The notes under the pieces: model-generated
The model's input: the letters and a program-made list of their open reading frames with translations, nothing else
The model's database searches: none
What the model was told of the DNA's origin: nothing
Position numbers and translations under genes: made by a program
Assembly (NCBI RefSeq): GCF_001465295.1
Contig: NZ_CP011034.1
Span: 2,730,001-2,762,000 of the forward strand
Length of the DNA: 32,000 nt
Direction: 5' to 3'
Source of the DNA: Pseudoalteromonas translucida KMM 520
GTDB lineage: Bacteria > Pseudomonadota > Gammaproteobacteria > Enterobacterales > Alteromonadaceae
Shown here: positions 17,033-24,718 of the stretch, piece by piece
Layout of the letters: every line of letters begins with the position of its first letter
Numbering within the stretch: position 1 is the first letter of the stretch

Positions 17033-17750
17033 TTATGTTACTTGGTGTAATTGCAGACGACTTTACCGGAGCAACCGACATTGCTGGTTTCCTCGTTGAA
17101 CATGGTATGCGTACGGTACAACTTAACGATGTACCTCACAGTAACACTGTGGTTGACGCGGATGCGGTTGTCGTAAGCCTTAAAACGCGCTCTTGTCCTG
17201 TAGAGCAAGCAATAGAGCAAAGCTTAGCCGCATTAAAATGGCTACAACAGCAAGGCTGTCAGCAGTTTTATTTCAAATATTGTTCAACCTTCGATAGTAC
17301 GGCTAAAGGTAATATTGGCCCGGTAACCGACGCTTTATTAGCGGCACTCGGTGAGTCTTTCACTATTGTCTGCCCTGCTTTGCCAGTGAATGGCCGCACC
17401 GTATTTAACGGTCACTTATTTGTACTTGGCGAGCCGCTTAATGAATCGGGTATGCGTAATCACCCGGTAACGCCAATGACCGACTCAAGCTTGGTGCGCT
17501 TAATGAATAGCCAGTCGCAAGGAGAAGCCGGTTTAGTAAATTACCAAACCATTGAGCAAGGCGCTGAGGCCATTACTCATCAGTTTGCTGAGCTACAAAG
17601 TGCAGGTAAACGCTACGCTGTGGTTGATGCCTTTAATAGTGCACATTTAGCAACCCTAGGCCAAGCGGCTAAGTCGCTAAAATTAGTGACTGGCGGCTCT
17701 GGATTAGCAGCCGGCATTGCAAAAAACTGGCAGCAGCAACTACAAGATCA
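16965..17750 (+). repeat. segmental duplication, copy B
   Basis: Partner of 11935-12720 (offset 5030 bp). Similarity drops sharply after 17750. Confidence 0.9.
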
Positions 17751-18291
17751 AGGCGAAGCCAAAAAAGCGGGCTACCCAACCAAAGCAGCCACCGTCATAT
17801 TATCGGGTTCGTGCTCGTTAATGACCAATAAACAAGTTGCAGCTTATAAAACTAAAGCTCCTCACTTCGCGCTCGATATCAACCATTGCTTAAACTTAGA
17901 TAATTATAGCAACCAAGTATTTGACTGGGTGATTAACAACTTAAATACCCCATTCGCCCCCTTAATTTATGCCACTGCCGATGTTAATGCATTACAAGCA
18001 ACGCATAAAAAGTATGGTGCCGATGTTTCCAGCCAAGCAGTTGAAAACCTCTTTAGCCAATTAACCATTAAACTTAAAGAATATGGTGTGCGCAATTTTA
18101 TTGTTGCCGGTGGCGAAACATCTGGCGTTGTTACCCAAAGTTTACAGCTTGATGGCTTTCATATAGGCCCTCAAATTAGCCAAGGTGTGCCATGGGTAAA
18201 GGGCATTAATAGCGATATTTCCTTGGCATTAAAATCTGGGAATTTTGGCTCTGAACCTTTCTTTACCCAAGCTCAGGAGTATTTTAAATGA
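17035..18291 (+). CDS. otnK: DUF1537 four-carbon acid-sugar kinase, probable 3-oxo-tetronate kinase, copy 2 (mosaic paralog)
   Basis: 418 aa. Residues 1 to about 239 differ from copy 1 at only 2 positions (N182H, K210Q). The remaining roughly 180 residues are only about 60% identical by eye. Confidence 0.8.
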   Translation: MLLGVIADDFTGATDIAGFLVEHGMRTVQLNDVPHSNTVVDADAVVVSLKTRSCPVEQAIEQSLAALKWLQQQGCQQFYFKYCSTFDSTAKGNIGPVTDALLAALGESFTIVCPALPVNGRTVFNGHLFVLGEPLNESGMRNHPVTPMTDSSLVRLMNSQSQGEAGLVNYQTIEQGAEAITHQFAELQSAGKRYAVVDAFNSAHLATLGQAAKSLKLVTGGSGLAAGIAKNWQQQLQDQGEAKKAGYPTKAATVILSGSCSLMTNKQVAAYKTKAPHFALDINHCLNLDNYSNQVFDWVINNLNTPFAPLIYATADVNALQATHKKYGADVSSQAVENLFSQLTIKLKEYGVRNFIVAGGETSGVVTQSLQLDGFHIGPQISQGVPWVKGINSDISLALKSGNFGSEPFFTQAQEYFK

Positions 18292-18920
18292 ATGAAGCAC
18301 AATTAAGGCTGCAAGTAGTAGAGCTTGCCCGTTCAATGTTTGAACGTGGGTATGCCACAGGTGGTGCCGGTAATCTTTCGGTAAAGCTGTCTAATGGCCA
18401 TTTTTTAACAACCCCGACTGGATCTTCATTTGGTCGTTTGGTGGCCGAAGAGCTCTCTGTAGTTGATAAAGATGGAAAACACCTTACAGGTAAGCCGCCC
18501 TCTAAAGAGGTGTCTTTTCACTTAGCTATTTACGAAAAAGACCCTAACTGCAATGCAATTGTACACCTACATTCAACGTACTTAACCGCTTTATCTTGCC
18601 TTGAAAATTTAGATCCTAGCAATGCAATAAAGGCATTTACACCTTATTACGTAATGCGCGTTGGTGAGTTACCTGTGGTGCCTTATTACCGCCCGGGCGA
18701 TCCGCAAATAGCTAAAGATTTAGCGAAATTAGCAGGAAAGTATCGGGCATTTTTACTCTCTAATCATGGCCCTATCATTACTGGTAGTGATTTTTTAGAT
18801 GCAGTAGATAACGCAGAAGAATTAGAAGAAACCGCTAAGCTAGCATTTTTATTACAAGGTAAAGAAACACGTTACCTAACCGACTCAGAAGTAACTGATT
18901 TAAAAGGGAGAGGAAAATAA
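18288..18920 (+). CDS. otnC: class II aldolase-fold protein, probable 3-oxo-tetronate 4-phosphate decarboxylase, copy 2
   Basis: 210 aa, roughly 70% identical to copy 1 by eye. ATGA overlap with otnK copy 2. Confidence 0.8.
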   Translation: MNEAQLRLQVVELARSMFERGYATGGAGNLSVKLSNGHFLTTPTGSSFGRLVAEELSVVDKDGKHLTGKPPSKEVSFHLAIYEKDPNCNAIVHLHSTYLTALSCLENLDPSNAIKAFTPYYVMRVGELPVVPYYRPGDPQIAKDLAKLAGKYRAFLLSNHGPIITGSDFLDAVDNAEELEETAKLAFLLQGKETRYLTDSEVTDLKGRGK

Positions 18921-19696
18921 TGGCTAAATTTGCAGCAAATCTAACTATGCTTTTTAGTGAAGTCACATTCCTTGAACGCTTTGAACGCGCACACAAAGCA
19001 GGCTTTAAAGCCGTTGAATACCTTTTCCCGTATGCTTTTGAAGCACAAGTATTAGCAGATAAATTACAGCAATTTGGATTAGAGCAAGCTTTATTTAATA
19101 TGCCAGCGGGCGATTGGGATGCTGGTGAGCGCGGCTTTGCAGCCATCCCGGGGCGTGAACAAGAGTTTATGCAAAGTGTTGCAATAGCGCTCGACTACGC
19201 CACCGCATTAAATTGTAAAAAAGTACATGCTATGGCTGGTATTGTAAACGCTCAATTTAGCCGTGAGCAGCATGTTGACACATTTATTAAAAACATTCGC
19301 TATGCCGCTGATACGTTTGCAAAACATGATATTGAACTGATGATAGAGCCATTAAATAACCGAGATGTGCCTCATTATTTTATTGCTCACCAAAGAGAAG
19401 CTGCTGAGTTAATTAAATTAATTGACCGTCCTAATGTGAAGCTGCAACTAGATATTTATCATGCTGCAATAATGGATGGTGATCTGACCCACCTAATTAA
19501 TGATCTCGCCTCGGTGACAGGGCATATTCAAATCGCCTCTGTACCAGCACGCCATGAGCCCTCTGAAGGGGAAATTAATTACCCACATATATTTAATGTA
19601 CTAGACGAATCTGGTTATAAAGGCTGGATCGGCTGCGAATACAACCCTAAAAACAACACTGAAGATGGTCTTGAGTGGCTAAAATTCTACTTATAA
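18920..19696 (+). CDS. otnI: hydroxypyruvate-isomerase-family TIM-barrel protein, probable 2-oxo-tetronate isomerase (YgbM-like)
   Basis: 258 aa, collinear with Hyi/YgbM (FAANLTMLF, PAGDWDAGERG, PGRE, IEPLN, HIQIA, GEINY, GCEY). TAATG overlap with otnC copy 2. Confidence 0.75.
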   Translation: MAKFAANLTMLFSEVTFLERFERAHKAGFKAVEYLFPYAFEAQVLADKLQQFGLEQALFNMPAGDWDAGERGFAAIPGREQEFMQSVAIALDYATALNCKKVHAMAGIVNAQFSREQHVDTFIKNIRYAADTFAKHDIELMIEPLNNRDVPHYFIAHQREAAELIKLIDRPNVKLQLDIYHAAIMDGDLTHLINDLASVTGHIQIASVPARHEPSEGEINYPHIFNVLDESGYKGWIGCEYNPKNNTEDGLEWLKFYL

Positions 19697-19750
19697 GCTC
19701 TATTTATCAATAACTAATAACACAGTTAATAAACATACAAAGGTATTTAC

Positions 19751-20698
19751 ATGAATATTATTATCACCGGTGGTGCTGGTTTTTTAGGCTCAGAGCTACT
19801 AAATAACTTGCTACAACAGTTTCCTCAAATTGAAACAATTAAAGTAGTAGACCGTATTAAATTAGACAGCAATTTAATTACCAATAATAAAGTTCACTCT
19901 ATCGTTGCTGATATTACCGTTAAAGAAGATATAGAAAAAATCATCAATGAACAAACTACTCACGTGTTCCATTTAGCTGCAATTGTTTCAAGCCATGCAG
20001 AGGAAGATTTTGAGTTAGGCATGCTGGTTAATTTAAAAGCCACACACATTTTACTCGAGTGCTGTCGCCAAGCTAACCCTAATATTCGTCTTGTTTTTTC
20101 AAGCTCACTTGCTGTGTTTGGTGGGGAGCTTCCAGAACAAATTGATTACATGACAGCTATGCAACCTAGTTCTTCGTACGGTACACAAAAAGCAATTTGT
20201 GAATTACTCGTCAACGATTACGCTAGAAAAGGCTTTGTTGATGCAGTTACGGTTCGCCTGCCTACTATTTGTATTCGCCCAGGCGTACCTAATAAAGCGG
20301 CCTCTTCTTTTGTCAGTGGCATGATACGCGAACCTCTTAAACAGCAAGCATCAAACTGCCCAGTCGATGTTGATTTACCTTTATGGGTATCGAGTCCTAA
20401 CAGCGTGATTAAAAATATTATTCATGCAAGTCAGCTCGACACAAAACTGTTAAAAGGCTTTCGCACTGTAAATTTACCTGGATTAAAAACATCACCAAAA
20501 GAAATGATCGAATGCTTAGTTAAAATAAAAGGCGAGCCCGTTTTAGAGCTCATTAGTTACGAAAAAGATGAAAATGTAGAACGTATTGTTTCTAGTTGGC
20601 CACAGTCAATGAATAACGAAAAAGAACTAGCAATAGGATTTGTTAAAGATAAAGACTTTAACTCTATTTTAAATGCTTACTTAGACACCCAAAAATAA
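19751..20698 (+). CDS. denD: NAD-dependent epimerase/dehydratase-family (extended SDR) protein, probable D-erythronate dehydrogenase
   Basis: N-terminal motif ITGGAGFLGS and catalytic YxxxK (YGTQK). 315 aa. Positioned inside an otn operon. Confidence 0.65.
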   Translation: MNIIITGGAGFLGSELLNNLLQQFPQIETIKVVDRIKLDSNLITNNKVHSIVADITVKEDIEKIINEQTTHVFHLAAIVSSHAEEDFELGMLVNLKATHILLECCRQANPNIRLVFSSSLAVFGGELPEQIDYMTAMQPSSSYGTQKAICELLVNDYARKGFVDAVTVRLPTICIRPGVPNKAASSFVSGMIREPLKQQASNCPVDVDLPLWVSSPNSVIKNIIHASQLDTKLLKGFRTVNLPGLKTSPKEMIECLVKIKGEPVLELISYEKDENVERIVSSWPQSMNNEKELAIGFVKDKDFNSILNAYLDTQK

Positions 20699-20735
20699 AG
20701 TAAACCTATTACTTAATAACAAAGAGGTCTCGCGT

Positions 20736-22223
20736 ATGTTACCAATATCTGTAATCGGCTTAATAATAGCCGTATTTGTGTTAATATTTTTAGTATTAAG
20801 AACCAGAGTACACGTTTTCATTGCTATGCTTGCAGCTGCCTGTTTGGCTGGTTTAATTGGCGGTTTAAGTGTAAACGAAACGATGGCAGCCATAAGTGAT
20901 GGCTTTGGTGGCACTTTAGGTGGCATTGGTATTGTTATCGGTTTAGGTGTAATGATGGGGGCTATTTTAGAAGCCTCTGGCGCTGGTGAATCAATAGCCT
21001 ACAACTTTATTAAGTGGCTAGGTAAGAAAAAAGAAGAAACCGCACTGGCCGTAACTGGTTATATTGTAAGTATTCCTGTGTTTGTTGATAGTGCACTTAT
21101 TATTCTTTACCCAATTGCCAAATCGTTAGCAAGAACGTCGAATCGCTCTATTTTAACCTTAACAGTATCGCTGGCCGGTGGTTTAGTTGTTGCCCATCAC
21201 TGTATTCCACCAACACCTGGCCCTTTAGGTGTCGCTAGTATATTTGGCGTAGATTTAGCTTCAATGTTAGGTTTTGGGCTTTTGATTGCCGCTCCTTGCG
21301 TATACGGTATTATTCTATACTCACGCTGGCTAGAAAAGCACTTCCCAGAGTTCATTGCTATCCCAACGGTAAGCCACACAGGCGATGGTGCTAAGCAAGT
21401 TCACAATGACTACATGGCAACAAAAGAAGCTAAAAATCTCCCTTCACTAACCAAGTCAATTATGCCTATTGTAGTGCCAATTGTATTAATCTTAGTGAAA
21501 TCGCTTATGGGCCTTGCTGAAAAGCAGTTTGGTATGGACGGGTTATCGGCCAGTACTTTTGGTGCTGTTTTTAACTTTCTTGGCCATCCTATTATCGCAC
21601 TTTCAATAAGTACTTTATTGGCTGTTTATACATTAACGCCTCATTTGGATAAAGAAACAACAACAACGAAACTAGAAGAAGGCATTACGACTTGCGGTAT
21701 TATTTTACTTGTAACCGGTGCCGGTGGCGCATTAGGCGCGGTATTACGCGCATCAGGTGCAGGTGCTGAAATTGCCAACCAAATTATTGAGTTATCAATA
21801 TCACCAATAATGATCCCATTTATTATTGCTACGTTGGTGCGAATTATTCAAGGCAGTGGTACTGTTTCAATGATTACTGCAGCGTCAATCTCTGCGCCAG
21901 TACTGCTCGAAATGGAAGGTGTGAATATGTTATTCGCAGCATCAGCAGCAACTATGGGTAGTTTATTTGCGGGCTACTTTAACGATAGCTTATTCCACAT
22001 TGTTAACCGCTTAATGGGCGTCACTGAAGTTAAAAAGCAACTTGTTATTTGGACAGTGCCAACGACTATTGCTTGGGCTATAGGTGGATCACTTATCATG
22101 ATTTTGAATCTGTTCTTTGGCAGCCATGGTAGTATTTATGACCCGCTATTCCCTTTATTAGTTTTAGCTGGCTGTTTGTTGTTTGTTAAAAGTCAAAGTA
22201 AGCAGCATTTACAAGTAGCTTAA
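20736..22223 (+). CDS. GntP-family acid-sugar:H+ symporter (YgbN-like)
   Basis: 495 aa polytopic membrane protein with GntP-type sequence. AAGAGG Shine-Dalgarno upstream. It is the last gene of the operon, as ygbN is in E. coli. Confidence 0.85.
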   Translation: MLPISVIGLIIAVFVLIFLVLRTRVHVFIAMLAAACLAGLIGGLSVNETMAAISDGFGGTLGGIGIVIGLGVMMGAILEASGAGESIAYNFIKWLGKKKEETALAVTGYIVSIPVFVDSALIILYPIAKSLARTSNRSILTLTVSLAGGLVVAHHCIPPTPGPLGVASIFGVDLASMLGFGLLIAAPCVYGIILYSRWLEKHFPEFIAIPTVSHTGDGAKQVHNDYMATKEAKNLPSLTKSIMPIVVPIVLILVKSLMGLAEKQFGMDGLSASTFGAVFNFLGHPIIALSISTLLAVYTLTPHLDKETTTTKLEEGITTCGIILLVTGAGGALGAVLRASGAGAEIANQIIELSISPIMIPFIIATLVRIIQGSGTVSMITAASISAPVLLEMEGVNMLFAASAATMGSLFAGYFNDSLFHIVNRLMGVTEVKKQLVIWTVPTTIAWAIGGSLIMILNLFFGSHGSIYDPLFPLLVLAGCLLFVKSQSKQHLQVA

Positions 22224-22245
22224 TTTCTACTTTTTTTGCAAAATT

Positions 22246-22275
22246 AACAAGGCCTCTTTATCAAGAGGCCTTGTT
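22246..22275 (+). terminator. hairpin terminator after the GntP gene
   Basis: Perfect 13-bp stem aacaaggcctctt/aagaggccttgtt with a 4-nt loop. The downstream U-tract is weak. Confidence 0.5.
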
Positions 22276-22448
22276 ATTAGATAAACTTATTACCATGCCA
22301 TTCCAAGTGACAGTTTACGTCCATTGTTACTTCTACAGCCATAAAAAGTTAGATTGATACCTGAGCAAATAATTCATCCCTGAAGCAGCCTCCATCGTTC
22401 ATTCATAAACTCACTTCGAGTCACGGCGAAACTACATTTGGGTTCACT

Positions 22449-22687
22449 CTCGCCCAGCGGCCGGACTTTAACTTATAACAGCGGCACTCTCGCGTGCCGC
22501 TTGAGTACGGCAACTCAAATTTTAGGCATAAAAAAAACCCGGCTAAATCTAGCAGGGGCTATCAAAAAGTGGCATCTGCGGCCGGAATTTAACTTATAAC
22601 AGCGGCACTCCCGCGTGCCGCTCGAGTCCGGAACTCAAATTTTAGGCATAAAAAAACCCCGACCAATTTGATCGGGGCTATAAAAAG
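22449..22687 (-). repeat. two tandem tRNA-array-like units (121 bp and 118 bp) downstream of tRNA-Leu
   Basis: Unit A is 22449-22569 and unit B is 22570-22687. Each starts with a segment resembling the tRNA-Leu acceptor and T-arm 3' end (..gcggccgga..). Each contains the hairpin agcggcac/gtgccgct and a second stem gagt/actc, and each ends with a hairpin plus T-run terminator when read on the - strand. Confidence 0.75.
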
Positions 22688-22772
22688 TGGTACCAGCGGC
22701 CGGACTCGAACCGGCACGCCTTTCGGCAGGGGATTTTGAATCCCCCATGTATACCAATTTCATCACGCTGGC
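22688..22772 (-). tRNA. tRNA-Leu (anticodon CAA), type II with a long variable arm and encoded CCA
   Basis: The reverse complement reads GCCAGCGTGATGAAATTGGTATACATGGGGGATTCAAAATCCCCTGCCGAAAGGCGTGCCGGTTCGAGTCCGGCCGCTGGTACCA. It has a 7-bp acceptor stem, anticodon loop TTCAAAA and T-loop GGTTCGAGTCC. A strong terminator follows (ccccgatc/ggtcgggg plus T7). Confidence 0.9.
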
Positions 22773-22865
22773 ATAATTTTTCTTTAACCTTCTAAATACC
22801 AGAAGATAAAGAAAAACCACTTTAGAGCTTAGGTTTATAAAACTGCCTTCGTCTCTATGCTAAGC

Positions 22866-22893
22866 ATTATACAATCAATAAGGGTAGCGGCAA
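22866..22893 (-). promoter_or_regulatory. candidate sigma70 promoter for tRNA-Leu
   Basis: On the - strand: TTGCCG (22893-22888), 16 nt, TATAAT (22871-22866), about 90 nt upstream of the mature 5' end of the tRNA. Confidence 0.4.
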
Positions 22894-23044
22894 GCGTTTT
22901 ATGACATAAGTACAATCAACCGCTTAACAATTAAGCAACCATTAACATTTAACTCTGTGCAGCACTTTAATGCCTTACTGAAGAGGTAGTATTTACCAGC
23001 CTATTTGCTAAACTAGCGCGCATATTAATAGTGAGAGTATATTT

Positions 23045-23539
23045 ATGTTGAATGAATTTCCACGAGCTGGCTTTTGGCGTCGTTTTGCGTCGTTAGTTTA
23101 TGATGCCTTGGTCGTAGTTTCTTTATCTATGCTTACTGCCATACTCTACTTTGCAGTCATTCAGCTACTAACATCTTTAGATATGATAGTTAAAACTGAC
23201 GATCCTGCCGCTTTAATACAAGGCTCCACGTTACTCTCTGGTATTAGAAGCGCGTTGTTTGTTGGAGTAAACGTATTCTTTTTTGCTTATTTTTGGACTA
23301 AAAGCGGGCAAACTATTGGCATGCGCGCATGGCGCTTAAAAGTACAAACTCTAGATGGGCAACTTATTAGCTGGCCGCAAGCAATTGTTCGCAGCGTTAG
23401 CGCATTACTTGGTTTAGGTAATTTAGTGGTATTGGTTGATTTTAAAAATAAAAAAGCTTTACAAGATTATCTTTCTAAAACCGAGGTTATTGCACTCACC
23501 AAAGAAGAAAACAAGCGTATTTACCGTGAGCTTGATTAA
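23045..23539 (+). CDS. RDD-family membrane protein
   Basis: 164 aa. N-terminal segment AGFWRRFASLVYDALVV followed by TM segments and an RAWRLKV motif, typical of RDD-domain proteins. Confidence 0.75.
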   Translation: MLNEFPRAGFWRRFASLVYDALVVVSLSMLTAILYFAVIQLLTSLDMIVKTDDPAALIQGSTLLSGIRSALFVGVNVFFFAYFWTKSGQTIGMRAWRLKVQTLDGQLISWPQAIVRSVSALLGLGNLVVLVDFKNKKALQDYLSKTEVIALTKEENKRIYRELD

Positions 23540-23570
23540 TTAAAAGTAATATACTGTAATTTATAAGCAC

Positions 23571-23610
23571 AAAAAAGCGTGGCACTTTTATAAAGTAGCC
23601 ACGCTTTTTT
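23571..23610. terminator. bidirectional rho-independent terminator between the convergent RDD gene and lptG
   Basis: Stem agcgtggc/gccacgct with an inner acttt/aaagt extension, flanked by A6 and T6. Confidence 0.7.
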
Positions 23611-23650
23611 GTTTCAAGGTATCTTGTAACTACCCATTTTATAACTAGTT

Positions 23651-24718
23651 TTATGCGCGTTTATTCATTAAGTAGGCAGCAAAGCCGGTAAATATAATGC
23701 TAGGCACTACAGCGCCAATAAACGCAGGTATTTGATACACCATAACCACAGGACCAAATATTTCGTTAGTTAGGTGAAACACTATACCCGTAACTACGCC
23801 CATTATTATACGTGCGCCCATAGTGACGGTACGCAGCGGGCCAAATATAAACGACAGTGCAACTAGCAACATTACGGCGATAGATATTGGCTGCATAAGT
23901 TTGCGCCAAAGCGCGAGTTCATACGTGCTGGTATCTTGATCGTTTTGCTCTAAATAGCCTAAGTAAGACCATAACCCAGTAAACGACAGCGACTCAGGTT
24001 TAACCGACACCACACCCAGCTTTTCAGCAGTAAGTTGTGATGGGTAAAACTCCTCAGGCACTTGCTCTGTAGTAATAAGCTCATCACTTATTTTTACTTT
24101 ATTGACGCCGCGCAGTAACCAGCCGTTTTCGCGACTTAGCGCATCTTTTGCTTTTGTTATTTGTGTAAGCGATAGCGACTGATCAAAGTGATACATATGC
24201 ACACCATTTAATTTACCATTTTGATCTACATCTTCTATATTAATAAAATTATTACCGTCTTTTGCCCACACGCCTTTTTGCGCATTAAAAACATCGCCAC
24301 CATGAATTGCCTGGTTACGCATTTCTTTAGCTTGTAATTGCGCCTCGGGTACTCCCCACTCGCCTAACGCCATCATACATAGCGCCATAAATACGGCGGT
24401 TTTCATTACCGAGCTTATAATTTGTAAGCGCGACATACCTGCTGCATGCATTACCACCAGCTCGCTGTTTGAGGCAAGCGCCCCTAAACCAGTTAAGCCA
24501 CCAATGAGCGCGGCCATCGGAAAAAACACCACCAAATCGCCCGGTATTGTGTAAAGCGTGTAGAGCATCGCGGTCATTAAGTCGTAACTACCACGGCCAA
24601 CTGACTTTAACTGGTCGATAAATTTAATTAAGGTGCTAATGCCTACCAGTACCAATAATGCAAAGCCGGTGGTTTGTAAAATGCTGCGACCTAAATACCA
24701 ATCAAGGGTTTTCATCAT
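23651..24718 (-). CDS. lptG: LPS export ABC transporter permease LptG
   Basis: 355 aa YjgP/YjgQ-family permease. It overlaps the lptF stop by 4 nt. The synteny lptF-lptG divergent from pepA is conserved. Confidence 0.9.
   Translation of the reverse strand: MMKTLDWYLGRSILQTTGFALLVLVGISTLIKFIDQLKSVGRGSYDLMTAMLYTLYTIPGDLVVFFPMAALIGGLTGLGALASNSELVVMHAAGMSRLQIISSVMKTAVFMALCMMALGEWGVPEAQLQAKEMRNQAIHGGDVFNAQKGVWAKDGNNFINIEDVDQNGKLNGVHMYHFDQSLSLTQITKAKDALSRENGWLLRGVNKVKISDELITTEQVPEEFYPSQLTAEKLGVVSVKPESLSFTGLWSYLGYLEQNDQDTSTYELALWRKLMQPISIAVMLLVALSFIFGPLRTVTMGARIIMGVVTGIVFHLTNEIFGPVVMVYQIPAFIGAVVPSIIFTGFAAYLMNKRA

Noticed and set aside
18835-19146. A 103-aa ORF on the - strand spans the otnC2/otnI junction. 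Similarly, an 81-aa ORF at 20681-20926 (-) spans the denD/gntP junction.
   Set aside because: Both are antisense to well-supported genes, low-complexity (Ala/Ser/Lys/Pro-rich), and have no start context.
22449-22687. The tandem 121/118-bp units and the 7-bp array at 31243-31326 could be a CRISPR array.
   Set aside because: There is no repeat-spacer organisation. The units are contiguous and homologous over their whole length, the 7-mer is a microsatellite, and no cas genes are present.
22635-22820. A 61-aa ORF on the - strand.
   Set aside because: It overlaps the entire tRNA-Leu(CAA) gene and its terminator, so the open frame is an artefact.
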